From Vulcanimicrobiota bacterium (lineage in GTDB: Bacteria; Vulcanimicrobiota; Vulcanimicrobiia; Vulcanimicrobiales; Vulcanimicrobiaceae): 64,000 nt of DNA. How positions within the stretch are numbered: position 1 is the first letter of the stretch; each line of letters begins with the position of its first letter. The DNA is taken from the NCBI GenBank assembly GCA_963733295.1, contig CAVTCS010000003.1, positions 2,304,001-2,368,000 on the forward strand, read 5' to 3'. A model generated the notes under the pieces. It was not told where the DNA came from, did no database searches, and saw only the letters and a list, made by a program, of their open reading frames with translations. Shown here one piece after another: positions 8,943 through 18,913 of the stretch. A program made the position numbers and the translations under genes.

Positions 8943-10414
8943 TAAGCAGCCACCCCGGTAGCTGCAGCGATCACCTTCGCGGGCGTCGCTTCGTCTCGCG
9001 AGAACTCCGCGGCGATGCGGCCTCCTCGCACGACCAATATCCGGTGCGACATTCCGAGCACTTCGGGCAACTCGCTCGAAACCATTACGATTCCGGCACC
9101 GCCACGCAGGAGCTCGAGCATAAGGTTGTAGATTTCGGCCTTCGCGCCGACGTCGATGCCGCGCGTCGGCTCGTCGAAGAGGTAGACGCGCGCGTCCCCG
9201 ATCAGCCACTTTCCCAACACCACTTTTTGCTGGTTTCCGCCCGAGAGGTTCCGCACCGTTTGCTCGGCGTTCGGCGTTCGGATGCGCAGTTCTGTAATCT
9301 CTCGATTCGTGATCGATTCTTCGCGCGCGCGGTCGACGAGAAGCCAGTGCGTGAACTGGTCGAGATGGGCGAGCGTCGTGTTCTCTCGCACGCTCATTCC
9401 CAGCACGAGACCCTGCGCTTTGCGGTCTTCCGTAATGAACGCTATCCCTGCCTCGATCGCCGAGTGGGGACCGCGCACGATCACGCGCTCGCCGCAAACG
9501 TCCACTTCACCGCCCTGCGGCACGTCCGCTCCGGCGATCGCGCGAACGATCTCCGTTCGACCGGCACCGACGAGTCCGGCCAGTCCAACGATCTCGCCCG
9601 CGCGCACCGAAAAGGTCACGTCGTGAACGCTCGACGATTCGAGGTGCCGGACGTCGAGGGCGACGGGTGCATCTTGCGCGACCGCCGGCAACGCCGGAAA
9701 GTGCGCGTCGAGCGGGCGGCCGACCATCAGGCGAATGAGGTCGTCCAGCGGCATGTCGGCCGCCTCGCGCGTCTCGACCGTCCGGCCGTCGCGAATGACG
9801 GTGATCCTGTCGGCGATGTGCGGCAGCTCCTCGAGGCGGTGCGAAATATACACGAACGCCACGCCTTGCGCCTTCAGTTTCGCGATCAGGGCAAAGAGCG
9901 CATCGATCTCGCGATCGGTCAATGCCGCGGTCGGTTCGTCCATCACGATCAAGCGCGCGTGCCGCACCAACGCCTTCGAAATTTCGACCAACTGCTGCTC
10001 GGCGACGGACAGGAGACGCGCCGGCCGATCGAGCGGCAGTGCGATGCCGAGCTCCATGAGCACCGTCGTCGCTTCGCGCAGCGCGGCCGCGTGATCCAGG
10101 AACGGTCCTCGCTGCGGTTCTTGCCCGAGCACGATATTATCGAGAACGCTCAACTCGGGAACCAAGTTGAATTCCTGATAGATCATCCCGATCCCGAGCG
10201 CTTCGGCCGCGCGCGGCCCGTCGATGCGCACCTCGACGCCGTCGATGGCGATCGCCCCCTCGTCGGCGCGATACGCGCCCGCCAAGGTCTTCATCAAGGT
10301 GGACTTTCCAGCCCCGTTTTCACCGACGAGCGCGTGCACTTCTCCGCGCCGGACGTCGAACGAAACCCCATCCAACGCCCGCACGCCGGGAAACGTCTTC
10401 ACGATTCCCTTCAT
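8942..10414 (-). CDS. sugar ABC transporter ATP-binding protein (RbsA/MglA type)
   Basis: GENGAGKST, DEPT, LSGGNQQKV; start may lie a few codons upstream. Confidence 0.93.
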   Translation of the reverse strand: MKGIVKTFPGVRALDGVSFDVRRGEVHALVGENGAGKSTLMKTLAGAYRADEGAIAIDGVEVRIDGPRAAEALGIGMIYQEFNLVPELSVLDNIVLGQEPQRGPFLDHAAALREATTVLMELGIALPLDRPARLLSVAEQQLVEISKALVRHARLIVMDEPTAALTDREIDALFALIAKLKAQGVAFVYISHRLEELPHIADRITVIRDGRTVETREAADMPLDDLIRLMVGRPLDAHFPALPAVAQDAPVALDVRHLESSSVHDVTFSVRAGEIVGLAGLVGAGRTEIVRAIAGADVPQGGEVDVCGERVIVRGPHSAIEAGIAFITEDRKAQGLVLGMSVRENTTLAHLDQFTHWLLVDRAREESITNREITELRIRTPNAEQTVRNLSGGNQQKVVLGKWLIGDARVYLFDEPTRGIDVGAKAEIYNLMLELLRGGAGIVMVSSELPEVLGMSHRILVVRGGRIAAEFSRDEATPAKVIAAATGVAA

Positions 10415-10451
10415 CTCCAGCAGCGGAGCTGCCGGCGCGCCGGGCGGTGCG

Positions 10452-11420
10452 CTACTTGGCGTCGGCAGCAGTATAGGTCCCGACGGCAACCGAGATCTTC
10501 GCCGGCGGCTTCGTCCCGTTGAAGTACGTGTTGATCGCGTCGATCGTCTTGCTGCCGATTTGGTCCGGATGCTGGATCGCATCGCCGTACATCGAGCCGT
10601 CCTTGATCGCGGTGCGCGCTTCGGGCGTTGCGTCGTAGCCGATGACGATGACTTTCCCGGTGAGTCCGGCCGCTTCGACCGCTTTCGCCGCGCCGAGCGC
10701 AGAGTCGTCGTTGATGCCGAAAACGCCTTTGAGATCCTTGTGCGATTGCAGGACGTCTTCCATCGAGTTGTTCGCCTTGGCGCGTTCGCCCCCGCCGTCG
10801 ATGTCGGCAACGACCTTCACGCCGGGGCAACCTGAAGCGAGTCCGGCTTTGAAGCCTTTGACGCGATCTTGAACGCTCGTCACTTCGGGTTCGTCGATGA
10901 TCGCGACGGAGCCCGCTTTGCCCGGGATGCCGGCGCACATCAGCTTCGCAGCCTCGCCACCGCCTTGCACGTTGTCCGAAGCGATGTGCGAGATGACGGT
11001 GCCGTCTTTCGACGTGCTGGCGATGTCGGCGGTGAAGACGGGGATGCCGGCTTTGTTGGCTTCCGCGATTGCGCTGCCGATGGCTTGCGAGTCGTACGGG
11101 GTGAGTACGATCGCGGCAACCTTCTGCGAGATGAAATCTTCGACTTGGCTCTGCTGTTTGGTGTTGTCGCGGCTCGCGTCGACGACCACCAGCGCGTAGC
11201 CGTACTTCGCGGCCTCCGACTTCATGCCGCTTTCCATGTCTTGGTAGAACTGCGCTTCGCGGTTTTGAATTGAGACGCCGATCGTCTTACCGGCGCCGCT
11301 CGCCGCGTTCGCACCCGGGCTCGAGCTTGCGCCCGCCGACTGAGAGGTCGATCCCGAGTTGCCCGTGCACGCGCCGAGCGCTAGCAGCAATGCGACCGGG
11401 AGAACGTGGCGAACCGGCAT
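10452..11420 (-). CDS. sugar ABC transporter substrate-binding lipoprotein (RbsB-like)
   Basis: Lipobox LGAC; AGIPVF, IASDNVQGG, NDDSALGA, IGYDA. Confidence 0.92.
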   Translation of the reverse strand: MPVRHVLPVALLLALGACTGNSGSTSQSAGASSSPGANAASGAGKTIGVSIQNREAQFYQDMESGMKSEAAKYGYALVVVDASRDNTKQQSQVEDFISQKVAAIVLTPYDSQAIGSAIAEANKAGIPVFTADIASTSKDGTVISHIASDNVQGGGEAAKLMCAGIPGKAGSVAIIDEPEVTSVQDRVKGFKAGLASGCPGVKVVADIDGGGERAKANNSMEDVLQSHKDLKGVFGINDDSALGAAKAVEAAGLTGKVIVIGYDATPEARTAIKDGSMYGDAIQHPDQIGSKTIDAINTYFNGTKPPAKISVAVGTYTAADAK

Positions 11421-11466
11421 CTTCAGAAACCTCCGCGCGGGCGCAAATGCGCTCGACGGAGTTCCG

Positions 11467-12666
11467 TCATGCGCGAACGTGCTGCCCCAGCCCTGCGAGT
11501 GCGCGCGTCAAATCTTCGATGATGTCGTCGGCGTGTTCGATGCCGACCGAAAGCCGCAGGGTGGAGTCGGAAACGCCGAGAGCGCGTCGCGCGTCGTCCG
11601 GAAGCGCGCGGTGCGAACTTGCCGCGGGAGACGCAATCGTCGTTTGGACCTCGCCGAGACTGTGCACGATCGCGATCATTTGCAAGCCGCGAAGGAAACG
11701 ATCGACCTCATCGGCACCGCCGGCAAGATCGAACGCGAGAATGCCGCCCGTTCCCTTTGGATAGAGCCGGCGCGCGAGCTCGTGCTCGGGGTGCGCTGCG
11801 AGAGAAGGGTGGTGCACCCGCGCGACGCCGGCCGTCCCGTCCAGCGCGGCCGCGACGGCGCGGGCATTCGCAGAGTGGCGCTCCATGCGCAGCGCTAGCG
11901 TCCGCAAACCCCGCAGGGCCAGCCACGCCTCGAAATGCGGGATCGTCGCGCCGCCCCTCACGAGCGAAGCCCGCGCCGCCGCCACCAGTTCGGCGCGGCC
12001 CGCGAGAACGCCGGCGCCGACGTCGGCGTGTCCGCCCAGATATTTCCCGGCGCTGTGGAGCACGAGGTCGACCCCGTGATCCAGCGGCCTGATCAAGACC
12101 GGCGAGGCGAAGGTTGCGTCGACGATGACCTTCGCGCCGGCCTGGTGCCCGAGCGCGGCTAGCTCCGGAAGATTCGCGACCCGGACGAGCGGGTTCGTCA
12201 GGGCTTCCAGGTAGAGCACTCCCGGCCGCAATCGCTCCAGTTCGGAACGGACCGCCCCCAGGTCGGCCTGGTCGACGTATTCAACCGAAAAGCCGCGTTG
12301 TTTGAAGTCGTTCTCAAATAGGTCGAAGGTGCCGCCGTAGATCTCGCGGGCCGCCAAAATCGTGCCCCCGGGGGGCAGGCAGGTGCTCACCGCCACCGCG
12401 ATCGCGGACATCCCGGCGGAGCTTCCCACGGCTGCCTCGGCGCCTTCGAGCTCGGCGATCGCCGCCTCGAAATGGGCCCCGTTCGGGCTCCCGTAACGAC
12501 CGTAAATGCGTCCGGGACGGGCGCCCGAGTAGATCGCCTCCACCTCGCCGAGGTCCTCGAACTCGTACGACGAGGCTTGGAAGAGCGGTGGGCTGGAAGC
12601 GCCGTTCAGCGGCACCTCGAAAGCACCGGCCCGCACCGCCGCCGTTTCGATGTGACGGTCCCTCAT
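11467..12666 (-). CDS. PLP-dependent Cys/Met metabolism enzyme (cystathionine gamma-synthase / methionine gamma-lyase family)
   Basis: YGRYGSPN, SAGMSAI, VDATFASP, HSAGKYLGGH, SLGEV, LRLSVGIE; GGAGG upstream of ATG 12666. Confidence 0.92.
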   Translation of the reverse strand: MRDRHIETAAVRAGAFEVPLNGASSPPLFQASSYEFEDLGEVEAIYSGARPGRIYGRYGSPNGAHFEAAIAELEGAEAAVGSSAGMSAIAVAVSTCLPPGGTILAAREIYGGTFDLFENDFKQRGFSVEYVDQADLGAVRSELERLRPGVLYLEALTNPLVRVANLPELAALGHQAGAKVIVDATFASPVLIRPLDHGVDLVLHSAGKYLGGHADVGAGVLAGRAELVAAARASLVRGGATIPHFEAWLALRGLRTLALRMERHSANARAVAAALDGTAGVARVHHPSLAAHPEHELARRLYPKGTGGILAFDLAGGADEVDRFLRGLQMIAIVHSLGEVQTTIASPAASSHRALPDDARRALGVSDSTLRLSVGIEHADDIIEDLTRALAGLGQHVRA

Positions 12667-12824
12667 CTTGGAAACCTCCGCCTTTATCCACATTCGCGGC
12701 AATCGTGCCTGTGCAACGTGTGGAAAGTATTCGCTCTCGAAAAGCGCTTCCAAAGGCGGCTCGAGAGCGCCTTTGGCCAAGAGCCAAAGCTCGAGGCGCC
12801 GGGTGCGCCGGGCTGGCGGGGCGC

Positions 12825-13715
12825 CTACACCTTCGCCGTGCTGCGCTCCACAAGATCGCGCAAGATCTCGTCACGATACTTGACGACCAGGCTGATGTGG
12901 CCGTGGCCGATTGCCGGTTTCTCTACAGCGCCGGGAATCTTGCGAACGAGCCATTTCCCGTGAGCGAACGGCACCATCAAATCCAAATCGCCTTGCCAAA
13001 CGACGACTGGTGCGGTGATGGACGCGAGATCGAAGCCCCACGCTCTCGTGAAGGCTATGTCATCGTCGATCCACCCGTCGAAACCATGCTCCAGCGCACG
13101 GCGCATCTCGCTCGCCATCGCGTCGGCAAAACCGCCGGATAAGACGTCTTTGTCGATTTGAGGAACGAGTTCTCCGAAAGCTTCGGCGATTTCGTTTCCC
13201 GTCACATGACGGAAGGCTTCGCCGTGAGCCTTGAGCCACGCGCGCACGTGCGGTTCGCCTTTCAAGGCCGCGCCGAATTCGGCGTGATTCTCCGGCCCCA
13301 TACCCGCGAGGAACTCGAGGTCCGGTTCACCGTACGGCGCGACACCTGCCAGCGAAGCCACGCCGCGACAACGACCTTTCAACAGCGCCGCGCAGGCGAG
13401 CGCGTGCGGTCCGCCGCCGGACCACCCTGCGGTGACGAACCACGGAACGTCGAGCGCGTCGAGCACCTGCCGAACGTCCTCGGCAACGTCTGCGACGCTG
13501 CGGCCACGCTGCCGGCTCGACGTCGCGTAGCCGGGACGGCTAAGCGCGATCAAGCGCAGTCCATGCTCGGCGGCGACGCGGTTCCAATCGAGCCATACGG
13601 ACGCATCGGAGGGCGAGCCGTGATGACACACGAGCGCCGGCCCGGATGCGGCACCGCCGACGAGTACGTCGAGGTTGCGGCCGTCGCTTTGACGGTGCGA
13701 TTGAAAAGAAGCCAT
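12825..13715 (-). CDS. alpha/beta fold hydrolase
   Basis: HHGSP, RPGYA, GWSGGG nucleophile elbow, WQGDLD, GHISL. Confidence 0.9.
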   Translation of the reverse strand: MASFQSHRQSDGRNLDVLVGGAASGPALVCHHGSPSDASVWLDWNRVAAEHGLRLIALSRPGYATSSRQRGRSVADVAEDVRQVLDALDVPWFVTAGWSGGGPHALACAALLKGRCRGVASLAGVAPYGEPDLEFLAGMGPENHAEFGAALKGEPHVRAWLKAHGEAFRHVTGNEIAEAFGELVPQIDKDVLSGGFADAMASEMRRALEHGFDGWIDDDIAFTRAWGFDLASITAPVVVWQGDLDLMVPFAHGKWLVRKIPGAVEKPAIGHGHISLVVKYRDEILRDLVERSTAKV

Positions 13716-13865
13716 GGTAATCGCTCCTATGGCAGCGACGTCAAAATCTCCGCTTGGGCCGAAACGCGATGACCTACAAGCGGGCGTCGATTCTGCAACC
13801 TCCGTTCAAGCGCTAACCACCCTTGCGTTCGGGGCGGGCGGCGTGAATGAAGCGCGGAGGCCGGT

Positions 13866-15398
13866 TTGCTCGCTTTCGCTCTCACGGCGGCGATGCACGG
13901 CATCGACGGTTACGTGGTTCGCGTCGAGGCCGACAGCTCGCCCGGCACGCCGGGATTTCAAATCATCGGTTTGCCCGATCGCGCCCTCGGTGAGTCGCGC
14001 GAACGCGTCCGCTCGGCGATCGTCAATTCGGGTTGCGCCTTTCCGGCCGGTAAGATCCTCGTCAATCTCGCGCCGGCCGACATCCGCAAGATGGGTCCGG
14101 GCTTCGACCTTCCGGTCGCGCTCGCGCTCCTCGCCATCGACGAGCAAGTCGATCGGCTCGCACTCCAGGAGTTCGTCGCGCTCGGCGAACTCGCGCTCGA
14201 CGGAACGCTGCGGCCCGTACGCGGCATTCTTCCGATGGCGATCGGCGCGCGCAACGCCGGCGTGCGCAAGTGCCTCGTTCCGCGCCTCAACGCGCGCGAA
14301 GCAGCGCTGGTCGAAGGCATCGAACTGTACGCGATCGACGCTTTGCTCGACGCCGTCGCGGTGACCCAAGGCCACGGCGCGAAGTTCCGCCATCTCGAAC
14401 CGGCGAAAACCTTTCGTGCCGATCCCGAAGCGCTGGGCGATTTCTCCGACGTGCGGGGTCAGGCGGCCGCTAAGCGTGCGCTCGAGATCGGTGCGGCCGG
14501 CGGCCACAACGTGCTGCTCGTCGGACCGCCCGGCTGTGGCAAGACGATGCTCGCCCAGCGTTTGCCTTCGATTCTCCCGGCGATGTCGGCCGCCGAAGCG
14601 CTCGACGTCACGAAGATCTACAGCGTCGCGGGGCTTCTCGCGGAGGATGCCGGCGTCGTTGCGTCGCGACCTTTTCGCGCGCCGCACCACACGATCAGTC
14701 AGAGCGCGCTCGTCGGCGGGGGAAGCATTCCGCGCCCGGGCGAGATCAGTCTCGCCCAACACGGGGTACTGTTCTTAGACGAGCTCCCCGAATTCAGCCG
14801 CGGCGCGCTCGAGACGATGCGCCAGCCCCTCGAGGAGGGCACCGTTACGATTGCGCGGGCGGCAGGCTCCTTTACGTTTCCGGCGCGATTCACGCTCGTG
14901 GCTTCGATGAATCCGTGTCCGTGCGGCTTCCGAGGTGCGCGCACGAGCGACTGTCGCTGCGACGAGGCTGCCATCGCAAAGTACGTCGCGAAACTGTCGG
15001 GTCCACTGCTCGATCGCATCGATCTGCACGTCGACGTCACGCGAGTCGATTTTGAAGAACTTCTCACGCGGCGGGCAGCCGAGCCCTCCGCGGTCGTTCG
15101 CGCTCGCGTTGAGGCTGCGCGAGCCGTCCAAAGCGCCCGCTACCGGGGGATGCCGATCCACACGAACGCCGCGATGTCCGGACGGGATGTCGGTCGCTAT
15201 TGCGCGCTCGACGACGACGCGACGGCGCTCTTGCGTGCCGCATCCATGCAGAAACGGCTCTCGGCCCGAGCGCTCGATCGCATCGCGCGCGTCGCGCGCA
15301 CCATCGCGGACCTCACGCACTCGAACGGGATCGCTGCCGCGCACCTCGCCGAGGCGATCGCGTATCGCTCGCTCGAACGCCGCGGACTCGCGGCGTAG
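13866..15398 (+). CDS. comM: YifB/ComM Mg-chelatase-like AAA ATPase
   Basis: IIGLPD, NLAPAD, GPPGCGKT, RAPHHT, LFLDELPEF, MNPCPCG, LSGPLLDRID. Confidence 0.95.
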   Translation: MLAFALTAAMHGIDGYVVRVEADSSPGTPGFQIIGLPDRALGESRERVRSAIVNSGCAFPAGKILVNLAPADIRKMGPGFDLPVALALLAIDEQVDRLALQEFVALGELALDGTLRPVRGILPMAIGARNAGVRKCLVPRLNAREAALVEGIELYAIDALLDAVAVTQGHGAKFRHLEPAKTFRADPEALGDFSDVRGQAAAKRALEIGAAGGHNVLLVGPPGCGKTMLAQRLPSILPAMSAAEALDVTKIYSVAGLLAEDAGVVASRPFRAPHHTISQSALVGGGSIPRPGEISLAQHGVLFLDELPEFSRGALETMRQPLEEGTVTIARAAGSFTFPARFTLVASMNPCPCGFRGARTSDCRCDEAAIAKYVAKLSGPLLDRIDLHVDVTRVDFEELLTRRAAEPSAVVRARVEAARAVQSARYRGMPIHTNAAMSGRDVGRYCALDDDATALLRAASMQKRLSARALDRIARVARTIADLTHSNGIAAAHLAEAIAYRSLERRGLAA

Positions 15399-15435
15399 CC
15401 GGACCGAACGTGAGAACGGCGAACAACGCCTAAAG

Positions 15436-15846
15436 ATGACGCTGAGTATCTTGTTGACGACCCCCTGGGATTCGAAGGCTGAGGAAGCTCCGCCGCGCCT
15501 CGAGGTCCCGAAAGTTCGTCCGCATCGGTTCTCTTGGAAAGACGCAGGCACGGTCGGAATCCCTAAGGACCCCTGGCACGTGACGGCGCAGCGTTTGATC
15601 GCGGGCGTCGAGGGGGGCGGTTCGACGGAGGACGCCGAGGTCATTACCTCTCCGGGCGATGAGCGGATATTCGCCAAACTTCACGGCGTCATCGCAAAGG
15701 ATGCAAACTACGACAAGCTGGCTGCTTCGATCGCGGAAGATGACTACCGGGGCATCGTAGACGTTCTCAAAGAGATGGCGACACAACGCCCCGATGCTAT
15801 GTGGTTCGTCAGAATCTGGAGCGTCGAGGCCTCAGCGTCGGATTGA
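15436..15846 (+). CDS. hypothetical protein (136 aa)
   Basis: ATG-initiated ORF filling the gap after comM; no motif recognised. Confidence 0.55.
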   Translation: MTLSILLTTPWDSKAEEAPPRLEVPKVRPHRFSWKDAGTVGIPKDPWHVTAQRLIAGVEGGGSTEDAEVITSPGDERIFAKLHGVIAKDANYDKLAASIAEDDYRGIVDVLKEMATQRPDAMWFVRIWSVEASASD

Positions 15847-15890
15847 CCAAACCTAATGACGGCGGGTTCCGCGCGGCCGCGGCGCTGCGG

Positions 15891-16949
15891 CTAGTAGTGG
15901 GAGACTTCGATTACGGCGTCGGCAAAGGCCCCAGGTGCTTCTTGAGGCACGTCGTGACCGATGCCCTTGAAGATCTTGTGCGAGTATTTGCCTGAGAATT
16001 TGTCGCGGTAGGCCGTTCCGTCCGCGGCCGCGCCGTCGAAATCACTAGCAATGGTGATCGTCGGTACGGTGATAACGGGAGCTGCGGCGAGACGCTTCTC
16101 TATGTCAGCGTACTGTGGCTTGCCGTCAACCAACCCGATGTGCCAACGGTAGTGATTGACTATGACATCGATGTAATCCGGATTATTGAAGGCCGCTGCG
16201 GTGCGGTCGAACGTCGCATCGCTGAAATCCCATTTCGGCGATACGTTTTTCCAAATGAGTTTCGCAAAGTCGTGCCGGTATTTTGTGTAACCGATTACGC
16301 CGCGTTGGGTGGAGAAATAATACTGATACCACCAGGCATATTCGCCCTGCGGCGGCAGCGGGGTGTCTTTCCAAAACTTGAGATCGGTAATCAAATAGCC
16401 GCTCACCGAGACGAGGGCCTTGCAGCGTTCGGGCCAGAGCGCCGCGACGGTGTCAACGTAGTCGGATCCTAAATCAAATCCACCCAAGATCGCCTTCTGG
16501 ATCTTGAGAGCATCCATGAGGGCGACGAGATCGAGCGCAAACGCGGCTTGCTGTCCATTCCGGAACGCAGTGCTTGAGAGAAAACTTGTCGTGCCGTGGC
16601 CGCGCAGATACGGTACGATGACCCGGTAGCCCGCGGACGCGAGCAAAGGCGCTACGTCGACATAGGCGTGAATATCGTAAGGCCAGCCGTGAAGGAGGAT
16701 GACCACGGGGCCGTTGGCGGGACCATCTTCGGCGTATCCCACGTTGAGGAGCCCCGCCTTGATTTGCTTCATCGCGGCGAACGACGTGTGCGTCCCCGGG
16801 CTCGGCGTAAGTGTCGTCGTCGCGTTCGCAGGGGTTGCAGCGCTCGACTGCGCTTCCGCAGAAGCGAACGTTCCGAGCTGAGCGGCGGCAACGCTCATTG
16901 CCGCGGTGCCGATGAAGCGAGCGCGATCGAGGTTGGTCTCTTTGGGCAT
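15891..16949 (-). CDS. exported alpha/beta hydrolase (epoxide hydrolase-like)
   Basis: LLHGWPYD, PYLRGHG, GFDLG, GHDVPQE; Tat-like N-terminus; AAAGGAGG RBS. Confidence 0.9.
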   Translation of the reverse strand: MPKETNLDRARFIGTAAMSVAAAQLGTFASAEAQSSAATPANATTTLTPSPGTHTSFAAMKQIKAGLLNVGYAEDGPANGPVVILLHGWPYDIHAYVDVAPLLASAGYRVIVPYLRGHGTTSFLSSTAFRNGQQAAFALDLVALMDALKIQKAILGGFDLGSDYVDTVAALWPERCKALVSVSGYLITDLKFWKDTPLPPQGEYAWWYQYYFSTQRGVIGYTKYRHDFAKLIWKNVSPKWDFSDATFDRTAAAFNNPDYIDVIVNHYRWHIGLVDGKPQYADIEKRLAAAPVITVPTITIASDFDGAAADGTAYRDKFSGKYSHKIFKGIGHDVPQEAPGAFADAVIEVSHY

Positions 16950-16990
16950 CGATTGCCTCCTTTGAGTTCGATGGTAGACGGCAAGTGGCG

Positions 16991-18064
16991 TCAGCCGAAA
17001 GTAAAAACGAACGCCTCGACGTGCGGATCGAGAAATTCAATCTCGAAGGTCCGGTCACTAATGCCGCCATGTTGACGGATCAACTGATACAGGCGCGGCT
17101 GGATCACAGTACCGCGGCCTTCGTCATCGATATCGCCGCCACGATCGTGCCCCGGCTCTTGCCCGTCGATCGTCACCTTGAAACGGCTGGGTTTGCCGTC
17201 CGGCCCCGGCGATAAGACCATATTGAGATCGCGGCCGTGGAAGCGCAAAACGACTCGACCGGGCGCCTCGTCGAGCGCGGCTTTCTCGTACCCAACCGTC
17301 CATCTTCCGTCGACTCCCCACTGGTCTTGTCCCAGCTGCGAGGGCGCGCGATAGATATGCGAGCGGTCCTTCAACTCACCGCCCGGCGAAACGAAGTTGT
17401 CAGCCCGGTTGTACCCGACATAGGTTTCGGGCGTTGACAAGTCGGTGAAGTCGGCCGGCGCTTCCACGCCTGCAGCCTTCACCTGCACGGGGTCGTTCCC
17501 GAAACCGGATTTGCCGTTCTCGCTCAACAGTTGCCGGATCGCTGCTTCCGACTCTGCGGTATCGCCCTCGCCGAAATGGTGATACCGGATACGGCCCTTG
17601 GCGTCGATGAAGTAGTCGGCCGGCCAATACTCGTTGTTGAAGGCTCGCCAGATCGCGTGGTCGCTGTCGATCGCAACGGGGTAGGTGATTCCGAGTTCCT
17701 TGGTCTCCCGCTTGACGTTGTCGACGTCGCGCTCGAAAGAGAATTCGGGCGCGTGAACGCCGATTACGATCAAGCCCTGATCGCGATACTTCTCCGCCCA
17801 GGCTCGGAGATACGGCAACGACCGTAAGCTGTTGATGCACGTATAGGTCCAGAAATCGACGACGACGACTTTGCCGCGCAGGGCCTCAGGAGTGAGCGCG
17901 GGGGAGTTCAGCCATTCGACCGCCCCCGTTAGGGACGGCATGTCTCCTTGGACGGGCAGTTCGCTCGCTTTTACGCTCGCGGGTGTCGTTTGAGCATCGC
18001 CATGCGAAGCACCGAACATCGAGGCACCTGCAAAAAGGAGGCTGGTTACGATCAGTCGCTTCAT
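16991..18064 (-). CDS. DipZ-like secreted thioredoxin/redoxin domain protein
   Basis: LRGKVVVVDFWTYTCINS, GVHAPEF, YWPA, HHFGEG, TPETYVGY, PRLYQL; signal peptide. Confidence 0.88.
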   Translation of the reverse strand: MKRLIVTSLLFAGASMFGASHGDAQTTPASVKASELPVQGDMPSLTGAVEWLNSPALTPEALRGKVVVVDFWTYTCINSLRSLPYLRAWAEKYRDQGLIVIGVHAPEFSFERDVDNVKRETKELGITYPVAIDSDHAIWRAFNNEYWPADYFIDAKGRIRYHHFGEGDTAESEAAIRQLLSENGKSGFGNDPVQVKAAGVEAPADFTDLSTPETYVGYNRADNFVSPGGELKDRSHIYRAPSQLGQDQWGVDGRWTVGYEKAALDEAPGRVVLRFHGRDLNMVLSPGPDGKPSRFKVTIDGQEPGHDRGGDIDDEGRGTVIQPRLYQLIRQHGGISDRTFEIEFLDPHVEAFVFTFG

Positions 18065-18156
18065 CCGAAGTTGCCCCCGCGGCACGTAAGACTCGGCGAC
18101 CGCGCGTCCCTTGAGATGTCGAGCCTGGCTTCGACATCCTGTGCTCGTCGTAGCGG

Positions 18157-18534
18157 CTAGTTCGTGTGCTCCGTCGCCGGATCGATGTGGAACGTCTTTT
18201 GGACCCAAAAATTGTAGGCAGCGCGAGCCTGCTGGACCGTTAGTGCGTTTCCGAAATCAGGTCCTGGATCTGCTTTTGCCGTGACGCTCCCGATCGTCTT
18301 CATCGAACCATCGCTCATTTGCATGCTGAGGGCGAACGGTTTGCAGACGAGCAAGGCCGACGTTGCTACCATCTTTGCGCTCGCCGTCTCACCGGAAAGG
18401 GCCGGCCGGCAGAGGTACGACGTCATCATTGCCGGCTGCGCCGTCGACTGCGCCCACGCAGCTGTAGCCAGCGCCAGTGAAAGAACCAGAAATGCGAGGA
18501 CTGCCATACGGGTGCCTTTGATCTCAATAGTCAT
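18157..18534 (-). CDS. secreted hypothetical protein with a Cys pair
   Basis: AAGGAG RBS, signal peptide ending AWA; YLCRP ... LVCKP. Confidence 0.7.
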   Translation of the reverse strand: MTIEIKGTRMAVLAFLVLSLALATAAWAQSTAQPAMMTSYLCRPALSGETASAKMVATSALLVCKPFALSMQMSDGSMKTIGSVTAKADPGPDFGNALTVQQARAAYNFWVQKTFHIDPATEHTN

Positions 18535-18589
18535 GAGGTTCTCCTTGGGGGTTACGTCTGAATTACAGCCACGAAAGCGATTGCTACTA

Positions 18590-18621
18590 CCCTTGGCCGC
18601 TTCATCCCTTGGTCGCTTCAT
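18590..18621. repeat. 16-bp tandem direct repeat (2 copies)
   Basis: CCCTTGGCCGCTTCAT followed by CCCTTGGTCGCTTCAT (1 mismatch). Confidence 0.8.
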
Positions 18622-18913
18622 CTGGAACGCCGCCGCACAGTGCCGTGCCTTAAGATTTGCGCGATTCGGAAACCAAATCTCCCTCCTTTGTTATCCTGCA
18701 TAACCTTTACGACTGAAATTTCGGTGGAACGCCCGTGCACCTCGGCCGCTCGGGAAGCCGAACCCGCGCAGCGCGTTGAATCCACATGGCTGCGAATCAG
18801 TCAACCAAACGATTGGCCGCGACCGGCAGCGCCGATGACGCCTCCTTGATTCATCGCAGAGTGAGAATGTTTATGTTACGCTTCCTGGGACGCGACCTCG
18901 CGGGAAGGGCAAC

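Noticed and set aside
9044..10522. Long antisense ORFs (e.g. 9044-10522, 33082-34632, 13806-14762, 43800-44759)
   Set aside because: Shadow frames opposite well-supported genes, expected in high-GC DNA
12670..12824. SAM-I riboswitch upstream of the Cys/Met enzyme
   Set aside because: No ATC..GAG / GAGGGA..GGCCC / GCAACC core; reported only as an unexplained structured leader
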